Shown: positions 7,905-17,430 of the stretch, piece by piece
Position numbering within the stretch: position 1 is the stretch's first letter
Layout: each line of letters opens with the position of its first letter
DNA from: Flavobacterium sp.
Lineage (GTDB): Bacteria > Bacteroidota > Bacteroidia > Flavobacteriales > Flavobacteriaceae
DNA length: 43,120 nt
Direction: 5' to 3'
NCBI GenBank assembly: GCA_023253295.1
Contig: JALRGZ010000078.1
Coordinates: 1 to 43,120, forward strand
Notes under the pieces: generated by a model
The model's input: the letters and a program-made list of their open reading frames with translations, nothing else
What the model was told of the DNA's origin: nothing
Database searches by the model: none
Program-made: the position numbers and the translations under genes

Positions 7905-10682
7905 TTATAAGTTCCAGTAAAATTTAATACTAGTAGTTAGGCCTTTTTTGTATTGACCAATGTTAGCAGTAGCAGGGTTTCCGTTATTAAGATATTCTTT
8001 AGTTAATTTGAAATCAGGATTAAGGATGTTTTGTACGTTTAAATAAACTCCTAATTTGTTTTTTACGAAATCAAATTTGTTTACAAGGTCTAATGTAGGA
8101 ACTCCTTTTTCAATTATATTTTGATTTGTTGAAGTACCAATCGAATAGATTTTGTCATAGAAATAATTAAGAACTAATGTTGATGTTAAACTTCTCTTTT
8201 CGTTACTGTAGTTGTAATTTAAGTCAGCATTGATTAATAAAGGAGAAGCACCTTCTAGTTGTCCACTTTTGTGAGTAGGCAATACTGTAAGTTTGTCATT
8301 AGGATTGTCAATATTTTTTTGATTACTCATTAAGTAAGAAATGTTTAATCCCGAAGCAAGAGTTGATTTAGTAGAAGATTCGTCGTCATTGTTTCCAAAT
8401 ATTGTTTTTCTTACTTCTAATTCAAGACCTGTTGCATAAGCATCTCCCATATTAACATAGGATAAGATATTTGAAGCAGATTGAACATTGATTCTGTTGA
8501 TAGGATTTTTGATGTTTTTGTAAAATGCTCCTAACGAAATAAGTTCGTTTTTTGATAAATAGTAATCGTATTTTAAATCAAAATTTAAGTTAGTTGATGG
8601 GATTAAATAAGGGTTACCAATACTTGCAAAAGTAATTTCTTCGTATAAAAACGATGCCGTTTCTTTAAACTGAGGCATAGTATAAGTTTGACTTGCTGCA
8701 AAACGGAAAGCATTTTTTTCTGACAAAGTATATTTTGCAATCATACTTGGTAAAAAGTAGCTTTTTTTGATTAAAGAAGGTTTTGTTGCAAGATTGTTTA
8801 CGCTACTAGAAATATTGGTGTCCCACTCAACTTTTTGGTTGATGTTTTCATATCTTCCTCCTAGTTGTAAAATAAATTTATCGTTAATTGGGTAAGTTAA
8901 TTGGGCATATCCTGCATAAATATCTTTCTTTCCAGTATAATACATTGGGTCAAAAACATTACTGTTACGTTCATCCCCTCTGTTAGTTAACATTGTAAAT
9001 GTGTTGTTTATACCAGATTGGTTGAAAACGGCATCAGGATTATTAGGGTCTATGTATAGATCAGTACTAGCAACATTAAAATTAATTTGTGTGTAATCGA
9101 ATTTTCTGTCAGTGTTTCTGAAGTTTCCACCAAAGTTGATTTTTTTAACTAATTCAGCTGATGGGTTGATAGCGTATGTTAAATCAATTTTTCCATTTAA
9201 ATCTTTTTCCTTTAGGATAGAAAAAAATCTGTGATTTTGTGAAGATGAGTTAGTGGCAACAAAATATTGTTGGTTGTCGTTGTTAAAATCGTAAGAGTTT
9301 GTTTTTCTGTCGGGTTCACTAGAATCTATTTTATTATAAGCTAAACTTACATTAGATTCTAATTTGTCATTGATTTTATAATCGAATAAAAGTTGGTTTG
9401 TAAACAATACATTGTTGTTTGTTTGCTGTCTTCTTACAAATGAGTTGTAACCAGTGTCTATGTTGTCATTTATGCTGCTTGAGAAACCTTTGTAGTCTCC
9501 TAAAGATTCTGAGAAATCGTGGATGTAAACTGTATTGTAAGCAATGCTGTTTCCTGCTCCAAATTTGTATTTGAAGTTAGCTAATCCAGATTGTGTTATA
9601 TTATAATCGTATTTTTTGTATTTAAAGTCTTGTCCAATACCTCCCTCATTAGTGATAACTTTTGAAGCTCCATTTTTATAATTAAAGCCGCTTGTTGAAG
9701 TCGCCACTGCAAAAACACTTAAGCTGTTTTCATTTTTGAAATCGAATTTTTTTCCTGCAGCAATCGAGAAATTGGAGTTGATTGTACTGTTTACTGCTTG
9801 AGGATTGAAACCAGTTCTGAAGTTGTATACATTTAAGCTGGTAATAGGCATATTCTTTTTGTTTCCTACTAATCCTAAATAATTGTGCCCATCAGGTAAA
9901 ATAAACGAATTGTTAACTGCATTTGAGTTAAAGCCACTTCCGATTGATGCATATAAATAGGATTTAGTTTCTAATTCTTTAGAAGCGATATCAATATTTG
10001 CTCCGGCAACATCACCATATAGAGTAGCGTTAAAAGTTTTATTAACGTTAATGTTTTTAATGATATTAGTAGAGAAGAATTTTAAAGAAATGTTTTTGTA
10101 TTCAGGATCTTCTGAAGGTAATGGTATACCATTTAAAGTAGTTGAGTTGTAACGGTCACCTAAACCTCTTACATTAACATTTTTCACACCTTCTTGTTGT
10201 GATACACCTGTTGTTTTTGCTACTGCAACAGAAGCATCACTAACCCCTTTTCTTGATAATTCCTGAGCTCCGATAGCCTGTTTGATTTCTACAGCATTTC
10301 TTTGTTCTAATAATAAGGCTGTTTCTTTTTGTCTGTTTACTGTTGCGGTTACTACAACATCTTTAAGAGCATAAGCTCCGGAAGATAAAGCCTGGTTCAT
10401 TACTATTTTTTGTCCGGCAGCAATTTTTACATTTACTTCTTTAGGTTCGTATCCCACAAAGCTATATTGAATTACATAACTTCCCGGTGCGACATTAATT
10501 GAGTATTTTCCATCAATATCGGTTGTTGTATTAATTTTTGTTCCTTTTACAAAAACATTAGCAAAGGGTAATGTTTCATTATTAGAATCTTTGTCTGTTA
10601 TTACCCCTGAAATTGTACCTTTGCTTTGTGCAAAGCTTAATGTTGTAATAAAAAGTGATAGAATGAATAATCTAAGTTTCAT
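7905..10682 (-). CDS. TonB-dependent outer-membrane receptor with N-terminal CarboxypepD_reg-like domain
   Basis: GVITD..LPFANV..TTTDIDGKY N-domain; plug motif VRGLGDRYNSTTLNG; barrel ending QNILNP..KFYWNL. Confidence 0.93.
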   Translation of the reverse strand: MKLRLFILSLFITTLSFAQSKGTISGVITDKDSNNETLPFANVFVKGTKINTTTDIDGKYSINVAPGSYVIQYSFVGYEPKEVNVKIAAGQKIVMNQALSSGAYALKDVVVTATVNRQKETALLLEQRNAVEIKQAIGAQELSRKGVSDASVAVAKTTGVSQQEGVKNVNVRGLGDRYNSTTLNGIPLPSEDPEYKNISLKFFSTNIIKNINVNKTFNATLYGDVAGANIDIASKELETKSYLYASIGSGFNSNAVNNSFILPDGHNYLGLVGNKKNMPITSLNVYNFRTGFNPQAVNSTINSNFSIAAGKKFDFKNENSLSVFAVATSTSGFNYKNGASKVITNEGGIGQDFKYKKYDYNITQSGLANFKYKFGAGNSIAYNTVYIHDFSESLGDYKGFSSSINDNIDTGYNSFVRRQQTNNNVLFTNQLLFDYKINDKLESNVSLAYNKIDSSEPDRKTNSYDFNNDNQQYFVATNSSSQNHRFFSILKEKDLNGKIDLTYAINPSAELVKKINFGGNFRNTDRKFDYTQINFNVASTDLYIDPNNPDAVFNQSGINNTFTMLTNRGDERNSNVFDPMYYTGKKDIYAGYAQLTYPINDKFILQLGGRYENINQKVEWDTNISSSVNNLATKPSLIKKSYFLPSMIAKYTLSEKNAFRFAASQTYTMPQFKETASFLYEEITFASIGNPYLIPSTNLNFDLKYDYYLSKNELISLGAFYKNIKNPINRINVQSASNILSYVNMGDAYATGLELEVRKTIFGNNDDESSTKSTLASGLNISYLMSNQKNIDNPNDKLTVLPTHKSGQLEGASPLLINADLNYNYSNEKRSLTSTLVLNYFYDKIYSIGTSTNQNIIEKGVPTLDLVNKFDFVKNKLGVYLNVQNILNPDFKLTKEYLNNGNPATANIGQYKKGLTTSIKFYWNL

Positions 10683-10700
10683 AATTTGTTAAATTTTTTG

Positions 10701-10777
10701 CAAAGAAATGGTAGCTTTGTAAAGTTGATGTTAATCGGTTGTTACGATTATGTTTCTCCAGTATTACTAAATTGTTA
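10701..10777 (-). promoter_or_regulatory. Candidate Pho-box array plus -7-like element (TonB receptor promoter)
   Basis: Plus-strand TTGTAA, ATGTTA, TTGTTA, ATGTTT, GTATTA, TTGTTA at 10717, 10728, 10739, 10750, 10761, 10772 (reverse complements of TAACAY-like units); TTTCTTTG on the minus strand at 10701-10708. Confidence 0.75.
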
Positions 10778-10859
10778 TCTCTTTAAATTACGGTTAACAC
10801 GACTTTTGGGCTGTTTTTTTATTATTACATTTACATCGCAAAAGAAAAATTTGCTTGAT

Positions 10860-11546
10860 ATGAAAAAGAAAAACACAAAGATTTTACTGGTTGATGACGA
10901 ACCGGATATTTTAGAAATTGTTGGTTATAACCTGACCCAAGAAGGTTACCAAATTGTTACAGCATCTAATGGTAAAGAGGCAATAACTAAAGCCAAAAAA
11001 GAATTACCGGACTTAATTATTATGGATGTAATGATGCCTGAAATGGATGGTATGGAGGCTTGTGAGCATATCAGAAACATTCCTGAATTAAGCGAAGTAA
11101 TCATTACTTTTTTAACAGCTCGCAGTGAAGATTATTCTCAGGTTGCCGGTTTTGATGCCGGAGCTGATGATTACATTACTAAACCTATTAAGCCAAAGTT
11201 ATTAGTGAGTAAAGTAAAAGCTTTGCTAAGAAGGTTGAAGGAAGCAGGTGAACAAGACAGCGAAACCTTAAATGTAGGTGGAATTGAAATCAATCGTGAG
11301 GAATATAAGATTATCAAAGATGATGTTGAGATTGCTTTGCCGAGAAAAGAATTCGAATTGTTTTATCTTTTAGCTTCAAAACCTGGAAAAGTATTTAAAA
11401 GAGATGAGATTTTAGATAAAGTTTGGGGTAACGAAGTGGTTGTTGGAGGAAGAACTATTGATGTTCATATTAGAAAACTTCGCGAAAAAATTGGTGATGA
11501 CCTTTTTAAAACAATTAAAGGAGTAGGTTACAAGTTTGAAGTATAA
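10860..11546 (+). CDS. phoP: OmpR-family response regulator, PhoB/PhoP-like
   Basis: LLVDDE..MDVMMP..DDYITKP receiver and RTIDVHIRKLREK..TIKGVGYKF winged helix. ATG at 10860 is preferred over the ORF-track TTG at 10686. Sits next to pst genes. Confidence 0.85.
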   Translation: MKKKNTKILLVDDEPDILEIVGYNLTQEGYQIVTASNGKEAITKAKKELPDLIIMDVMMPEMDGMEACEHIRNIPELSEVIITFLTARSEDYSQVAGFDAGADDYITKPIKPKLLVSKVKALLRRLKEAGEQDSETLNVGGIEINREEYKIIKDDVEIALPRKEFELFYLLASKPGKVFKRDEILDKVWGNEVVVGGRTIDVHIRKLREKIGDDLFKTIKGVGYKFEV

Positions 11547-11601
11547 TATACTATTAATTTAGTATATTGTACTTTATTACACATTAAGTTAATAGTTATA
11601 A

Positions 11602-12681
11602 ATGAAAATTAGTTTCAAAAAAACTTACAAGTTTGCCATAAAATCGGCATTTTATATCAGTCTTTTTTCTACTGCTTTTGTTCTTTTTTTGGCCATGCTT
11701 ATTTTTAAGGCTAGTCTTCAAAGTCTATGGGTTTTTGGAATTACTTTTGTTTTTGCTATTTATCTTTTTTCTTTTTTAGTTTTACAATATCGTGTAGAGC
11801 GCTTTATCTACAGAAGAGTAAAAAAAATCTATGACGATGTTTCTTTGTTGGAATCCAGTACACTTATCAATCAGCCTATAACAACTGATATGGAGACTTT
11901 GACACGTGAGGTGAAAAAGTTTGCGACCGATAAGAAATTGGAAATCGAAATGTTACAAGTTCGAGAAGAATACCGAAGAGAATTTCTTGGAAACATTTCG
12001 CATGAATTAAAAACTCCTCTTTTTACTGTTCAAGGTTATATTTCCACGTTACTGGATGGAGCGATGGATGATAAGACGATTCGAAAAAAATATTTAAAAC
12101 GTGCCGATAAGGGAGTGGAGCGTCTTATCTATATCGTAGAAGATTTGGATATGATTACTAAATTGGAATCGGGAGATTTAAATTTAGAGATAACCGAATT
12201 CGATATTGTCGAATTGATTCGCAATGTTTTTGACTTGTTAGAAATGAAAGCGGATAAGAAAAAAATCACTCTTTGTTTCGAGAACGAATACATTCGTCCC
12301 AATTTTGTGCGAGCAGATAAAGATCGAATCCAGCAGGTAATAGAAAACTTAATTGTTAATTCTATTAAGTATGGTAAAAAAGAAGGTACTACCGAAGTAG
12401 CTGTAGTTAATTTGACTAAAGAAAAAGTTTTAGTTCGTATTAGCGATGATGGTGAAGGAATTGAAAAACAAAATATCCCAAGACTTTTCGAGCGTTTTTA
12501 CCGTGTTAATAAAAGTGGTTCCAGGGCCGAGGGAGGTTCTGGTTTAGGACTTGCTATTGTTAAACATATTATAGAAGCTCATAAGGAAAAAATCTACGTT
12601 GAGAGTGAGTTTGGTGTAGGATCAGAGTTTTCCTTCACTGTTGAGAAGGCTGTAAAGTCAATTGAAACCAAGAATAAGTAA
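11602..12681 (+). CDS. phoR: PhoR-like sensor histidine kinase
   Basis: Two N-terminal TM helices; SHELKTP H-box; NSIKY; RLFERFYRV..GGSGLGLAIVKH. Confidence 0.85.
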   Translation: MKISFKKTYKFAIKSAFYISLFSTAFVLFLAMLIFKASLQSLWVFGITFVFAIYLFSFLVLQYRVERFIYRRVKKIYDDVSLLESSTLINQPITTDMETLTREVKKFATDKKLEIEMLQVREEYRREFLGNISHELKTPLFTVQGYISTLLDGAMDDKTIRKKYLKRADKGVERLIYIVEDLDMITKLESGDLNLEITEFDIVELIRNVFDLLEMKADKKKITLCFENEYIRPNFVRADKDRIQQVIENLIVNSIKYGKKEGTTEVAVVNLTKEKVLVRISDDGEGIEKQNIPRLFERFYRVNKSGSRAEGGSGLGLAIVKHIIEAHKEKIYVESEFGVGSEFSFTVEKAVKSIETKNK

Positions 12682-12728
12682 TACTTTTTTTTCAATTAAA
12701 CGTTAAGCGAGCGTTATCTTTTGATTAT

Positions 12729-12803
12729 TAACCGTTTCTTAACATTCGAAACATTAAATTTATATTAACATAACATAAGGTTGATACCTAGGTAATACTT
12801 TTG
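12729..12803 (+). promoter_or_regulatory. Candidate Pho-box array plus -7 element (porin1-pstS1 promoter)
   Basis: TAACCG 12729 and TAACAT 12740; then AAACAT 12749, TTATAT 12760, TAACAT 12771, TGATAC 12782; TACTTTTG at 12796-12803. Confidence 0.65.
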
Positions 12804-12829
12804 CGGCATAAAATTAATAATTTATAATC

Positions 12830-14155
12830 GTGAAAAAAATTGCATTAGGTTTTATGTTAATGTTTGCTTTTGTTTTAAAAGCGCAAGAAGTTGAGGGTCA
12901 GTCAAATGGTTCTGATAAGATAGAGCAATTGAGAGAGTCTCTTAATGATCACTCGGATAGATTTAAAGGTCTTGATGAAAGATTATCTGAAATGAGTAGT
13001 GATCTTGATAAATTGAAAAGTCTTAGTGTGTCTGGTTATGTTCAGGCTCAATATGAAACGTATGATTCTTGGAATGCCAGTGGAAGTACTCATGGTATTC
13101 CAGCTAGCTCAGGTGCTCCGGCTATTACAAATTCATTCTTCTTAAGAAGAGCACGTGTTAAATTTGCTTATAAAGCTGCTAATGGCGTTGAATTTGTTTT
13201 ATGTCCAAATTTTGATATTGATAGAGTTCAGATTAAAGATGCTTATGTACAATTGCATGATCGTTGGTTAGATGTCTTTACTTTAACAATGGGACAATTC
13301 TTAAGACCAACTACTTATGAGATTGATTATTCGTCTTCTTCCAGAGAATTTGCTGAAAGATCTCTAATGTCAAGAGTTTTGTATCCTTCAGAAAGAGAGC
13401 AAGGTGCGAAATTAGAAGCAGACCTTACTTCTAAATACGGAATTCCTTTAAAATTAACTGCTGCTGTGGTTAATGGTAATTTTGGAGAGGGAGCTTTGAC
13501 AAACCAAGTTAAGGATGTTGATGGGTCTAAAGATTTTATCGGAAGAGCAAGTTATTCTTTGAATTTGCCAAAACAAGGTTTAGGAATTGATTTTGGAGGG
13601 CATGCTTATTTAGGTAATAATGTGGTTATTGATCCTACAGCTACTGTTTTTACAGATGTTAACAATAATACATTCACACCAAAAGTGGGTGATAAATTGA
13701 AAAAAGAGTTATTTGGTGCTGAAGCACAAGTTTACTGGGATTTCTTAGGAGGATTATCTTTAAAATCTGAATATATCAGAGGTACATACTCAGGTATGAG
13801 TTATGCGTCAGAAGTTAACGGTGGTTTCAAAGGAGATAGAGTAAGACAAGTTCAAGGAGCTTATGTTTCTTTGGTCAAAAATGTGGGTGAAAAAAATCAA
13901 TTTGGTTTAAGATGGGATATGTTTGATCCAAACACAAATCAATCAGGTGATCAGGTTGCTTCTTCTCGTGAATTAAAATACAATAACTATACATTCTCAT
14001 ATCAATATTATTTTACTGGAAACGTAAAGATTATGGCTTGTTATTTGTTGCCGGTTAACGAAAAAAGTTCAAATGTTGGTTTAGTTGGTACTGATTATGC
14101 TAACAGAGATATGAAAGACAATACATTTACTTTAAGATTACAGGCTAAATTCTAA
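12830..14155 (+). CDS. Phosphate-selective porin (OprO/OprP-like) with N-terminal coiled coil
   Basis: Signal peptide, heptad-like segment, SGYVQAQY, FLRRARVKF, KDAY..GQF..ERS and C-terminal LQAKF. Directly upstream of pstS. Confidence 0.8.
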   Translation: MKKIALGFMLMFAFVLKAQEVEGQSNGSDKIEQLRESLNDHSDRFKGLDERLSEMSSDLDKLKSLSVSGYVQAQYETYDSWNASGSTHGIPASSGAPAITNSFFLRRARVKFAYKAANGVEFVLCPNFDIDRVQIKDAYVQLHDRWLDVFTLTMGQFLRPTTYEIDYSSSSREFAERSLMSRVLYPSEREQGAKLEADLTSKYGIPLKLTAAVVNGNFGEGALTNQVKDVDGSKDFIGRASYSLNLPKQGLGIDFGGHAYLGNNVVIDPTATVFTDVNNNTFTPKVGDKLKKELFGAEAQVYWDFLGGLSLKSEYIRGTYSGMSYASEVNGGFKGDRVRQVQGAYVSLVKNVGEKNQFGLRWDMFDPNTNQSGDQVASSRELKYNNYTFSYQYYFTGNVKIMACYLLPVNEKSSNVGLVGTDYANRDMKDNTFTLRLQAKF

Positions 14156-14184
14156 AAATTAAAAAATCTAAATTTTTATTAAAA

Positions 14185-15012
14185 ATGAAAAAAATTAAAA
14201 TCGCATCAATTTTATTGATTGTAATGATGGTAGGATTTTCTTTTACTACATTAACTAAAATTACAGTAAAAGGTTCTGATACATTAGTTATTTTGTCTCA
14301 AAAATGGGCTGAGGTTTATATGAGTAAACATCCAGGTACTTCTATTCAAGTAACAGGAGGTGGTTCAGGTGTAGGTATTGCAGCTTTAATTAACGGTTCT
14401 ACAGATATTGCTAATGCCAGCCGTCCGATGAAATCTTCTGAAATTGAAAAACTGAAACAAAGATACAATACATTAGGTGTAGAGGTTCCATGTGCTAAAG
14501 ATGGTATTTCTATCTATTTGAATAAAGCAAATTCAGTTTCTGAATTATCAATTAAACAATTAGGTTTAATCTTTTCAGGTAAAATAACAAACTGGAAAGA
14601 AGTAGGTGGTGTAGATGCACCAATTAAATTATATGGAAGAGAAAGTAGTTCAGGTACTTTTGGATTCTTCAGAGATAATGTGGTAAAAGGTGATTATGCA
14701 GCAAGTTGTCAAACTTTGCCTGGTACTGCAGCGATTGTTAATGCGGTAAAAAAAGATAAATACGCTATTGGTTACGGTGGTGCTGCTTATGCTGAAGGTG
14801 TTAAGGATTGTAAAGTGAAGAAAGACGATAAAAGTACTGCTTATGCTCCAACAGCTGAAACAATTAAAAACAAAACATATCCTATCTCAAGATACTTATA
14901 TATGTATTTGAAATCTAAACCAACCGGAGAGACTAAAGCTTTCATTGACTGGATTTTAAGTCCTGAAGGTCAAAAAGTAGTGGTTGAAACTGGATATTTT
15001 CCAGTGAGATAA
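14185..15012 (+). CDS. pstS: Phosphate ABC transporter substrate-binding protein, copy 1
   Basis: KGSDT, GGGSGVG, ANASR, RESSSGT and YPISRYLY motifs. Confidence 0.92.
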   Translation: MKKIKIASILLIVMMVGFSFTTLTKITVKGSDTLVILSQKWAEVYMSKHPGTSIQVTGGGSGVGIAALINGSTDIANASRPMKSSEIEKLKQRYNTLGVEVPCAKDGISIYLNKANSVSELSIKQLGLIFSGKITNWKEVGGVDAPIKLYGRESSSGTFGFFRDNVVKGDYAASCQTLPGTAAIVNAVKKDKYAIGYGGAAYAEGVKDCKVKKDDKSTAYAPTAETIKNKTYPISRYLYMYLKSKPTGETKAFIDWILSPEGQKVVVETGYFPVR

Positions 15013-15039
15013 TCGGAGAAAAAAGAGATATTATATCTT

Positions 15040-15075
15040 AAAGCCCTTGTTGCAATTGCAATAAGGGCTTTTTTT
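15040..15075 (+). terminator. Intrinsic terminator after pstS1
   Basis: AAAGCCCTTGTTGC-aatt-GCAATAAGGGCTTTTTTT. Confidence 0.8.
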
Positions 15076-15228
15076 ATTTTTTTAATCTGTAATGATTTGT
15101 TGTTGTGTGTGATGTATTTGTATTTATTTGTTTAAATTTATGATTTATTAACATTAAAGCCTTAGTAATCATGTAGTTTTAATAAATTGTTTTGATAGTA
15201 TTTCTTAATGGTTAATTTGTTGACAACA

Positions 15229-15272
15229 TAACATTGAGTTAACATTAACTTAACATTGCGGCGGCAACTTTG
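15229..15272 (+). promoter_or_regulatory. Candidate Pho-box array plus -7-like element (porin2 promoter)
   Basis: Three exact TAACATT copies at 15229, 15240, 15251; CAACTTTG at 15265-15272. Confidence 0.8.
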
Positions 15273-15304
15273 CAAAAAAATAAAACTATCAATTAAAACT
15301 ATCA

Positions 15305-16489
15305 ATGAGAAAAAAATTATTTGCTATACTATTAATGCTTTCTGCGGCAGCTTTTGCTCAAGAGGGTAAAAAAACAGAAGGGTATAGTGTTAACAAGAAG
15401 AAATTAGGGTTTACTGCTGCAGATAGTCTGTTTCAGGTAAATATTGGTTTTAGAATTCAAAGTAGAGCAGGTTTCGAAAAAACGGAAGGTGAAACAGGTT
15501 TCTACGAAGGAGAAGTAAGAAGGATGCGTTTAAAACTGGATGGTTTTGTTTATAATCCAAAATTTGGTTATAAAATAGAATTAGGTTTTGCAGCTAAGGA
15601 CATGGTAACTATCGATAATAAAAATGGGAATGTAATTTTGGATGCGGTATTTTTCTATCACCCAACTAAGAATTGGACTATTGCTTTTGGACAAACAAAA
15701 TTACCAGGGAATAATCAACGTGTGATATCTTCAGGTTCTTTGGAATTTACAGACAGAACAATTAATAATTCTAAGTTTAATATTGATCGTGATTTTGGTC
15801 TTTTTGTTGATTATAGTCATGAAAACCCATCGAAATTTGCTTACTCTTTAAAAGGAGCTTTAACTAAGGGAGAGGGGAGAAACTGGGTAAAAACTGAAGA
15901 TGATGGAATTGCACTTACAGGAAAAGTTGAATTATTTCCTTTAGGTTCTTTTACAAAACATGGTTCACTTTTCGAAGCTGATCTAGAAAGAGAAAAATCA
16001 GTAAAATGGATGCTGTCAGGTGCGTTTTCTCAAAATAATCATGCTTTAAGAAAGCAAGGTCAGTTAGGGAGTGACCTGTATGAGGCAAGAACAATTAAGT
16101 CATTATTTTTTGATACGATGTTAAAATATAACGGATGGTCGCTTATAGGAGCTTATATGTCAGCAATGTGTGATGACCCTATAACAGTAAGTCCTTCAGA
16201 TATTACTAAAACGCAAACTGTTTTTACAGGTCATGGAGTAGATACGCAATTGAGTTATGTTTTTCCATCTAACTATCAAATTGCGGCTAGATATTCCATT
16301 CAAAAAGCAAATAGTGATATTCATGCTAGTACTCCAGATGCTGATGAATATGCATTAGGGGTGTCTAAGTATATTTTAGGCCATAAATTTAAAGTACAAA
16401 CTGAGGTTTCTTATAAGAATGATAAGTATATATCAGGAGATAATATTGGTACTTGGTATGTTCGTGGACAAGTGGAGATTGGATTGTAA
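15305..16489 (+). CDS. Phosphate-selective porin (OprO/OprP family, Flavobacterium type)
   Basis: VRRMRLKLDGFVYNPK, GQTKLPGNNQRVISSG..FTDR..FNIDRDFG motifs and a beta-barrel C-terminus. Confidence 0.85.
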   Translation: MRKKLFAILLMLSAAAFAQEGKKTEGYSVNKKKLGFTAADSLFQVNIGFRIQSRAGFEKTEGETGFYEGEVRRMRLKLDGFVYNPKFGYKIELGFAAKDMVTIDNKNGNVILDAVFFYHPTKNWTIAFGQTKLPGNNQRVISSGSLEFTDRTINNSKFNIDRDFGLFVDYSHENPSKFAYSLKGALTKGEGRNWVKTEDDGIALTGKVELFPLGSFTKHGSLFEADLEREKSVKWMLSGAFSQNNHALRKQGQLGSDLYEARTIKSLFFDTMLKYNGWSLIGAYMSAMCDDPITVSPSDITKTQTVFTGHGVDTQLSYVFPSNYQIAARYSIQKANSDIHASTPDADEYALGVSKYILGHKFKVQTEVSYKNDKYISGDNIGTWYVRGQVEIGL

Positions 16490-16502
16490 TTTATTAGTGT
16501 AC

Positions 16503-16557
16503 TAACGATAACATAATATTAACTTAACACAAGTATTAGGCGTTACCGGTACTTTTG
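16503..16557 (+). promoter_or_regulatory. Candidate Pho-box array plus -7 element (pstS2-pstCAB-phoU promoter)
   Basis: TAACGA 16503, TAATAT 16514, TAACAC 16525 (also TAACAT 16509, TAACTT 16520); TACTTTTG at 16550-16557. Confidence 0.65.
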
Positions 16558-16579
16558 TGGAAAAAATAAAACAATTAAA

Positions 16580-17413
16580 ATGAAAAAATCAAATTTTAAA
16601 TTATTCGCTCTTTTAGCAGTAATAATGACTGTTGGTTTGTCTTTTACAGCATTGAAAAAAATCACAGTTAAGGGATCTGATACGATGGTGATTTTGTCTC
16701 AAAAATGGGCTGAAGTTTATATGGCTAAACATCCTGGTACAGTAATTCAAGTTACTGGTGGTGGTTCTGGAGTAGGTTTGGCTGCTTTGTTAAATGGCTC
16801 TACTGAAATTGCTAATGCAAGTCGTCCAATAAAACCAGCTGAGGTTCAAAAATTGAAATCTAAATTTAAATCTGCAGGTGTGGAAATTCCATGTGCTAAA
16901 GATGGTTTGTCGGTTTTCTTAAACAAGAACAATAAAGTTTCTGAATTATCTATTCAACAATTGGCAGATATCTATTCAGGTAAAGTTACTAACTGGAAAG
17001 AAGTAGGTGGAGATGATGCTAAAATTCGTTTATACGGAAGAGAAAGTAGTTCAGGTACTTTTGAGTTTTTTAGAGAGCATGTAGTAAAAGGTGATTTTGC
17101 TGCTAACGTTCAAACATTACCAGGAACTGCGGCTATTGTTAATGCTGTAAGTAAAGATAAATACAGTATTGGTTACGGTGGAGCAGCTTATGCTGAAGGT
17201 GTTAAAGACTGTAAAGTGAAAAAAGATGCTAAAAGCAAAGGGATTTTACCAACTGCAGCTACTATCAAAAATAAAACTTATCCAATTTCCAGATATTTGT
17301 TCATGTACTTGAAATCGAGACCAACTGGAGAAACTAAAGCGTTTATCGATTGGATTTTAAGCCCAGAAGGACAAAAGTTAGTTGTTGAAACAGGTTATTT
17401 TCCAGTAAAATAA
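16580..17413 (+). CDS. pstS: Phosphate ABC transporter substrate-binding protein, copy 2
   Basis: Same motifs as copy 1; about 80% identical over the mature part by manual alignment. Confidence 0.92.
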   Translation: MKKSNFKLFALLAVIMTVGLSFTALKKITVKGSDTMVILSQKWAEVYMAKHPGTVIQVTGGGSGVGLAALLNGSTEIANASRPIKPAEVQKLKSKFKSAGVEIPCAKDGLSVFLNKNNKVSELSIQQLADIYSGKVTNWKEVGGDDAKIRLYGRESSSGTFEFFREHVVKGDFAANVQTLPGTAAIVNAVSKDKYSIGYGGAAYAEGVKDCKVKKDAKSKGILPTAATIKNKTYPISRYLFMYLKSRPTGETKAFIDWILSPEGQKLVVETGYFPVK

Positions 17414-17430
17414 AAGAATAAATTAATACT

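Noticed and set aside
10784-10835. Plus-strand autoregulatory Pho box for phoPR
   Set aside because: A single TAACAC at 10795 with no 11-bp series in phase with a -7 element.
10686-10859. 58-aa N-terminal extension of the response regulator in the ORF track
   Set aside because: TTG start that overlaps the divergent promoter and box array; the receiver domain begins right after ATG 10860.
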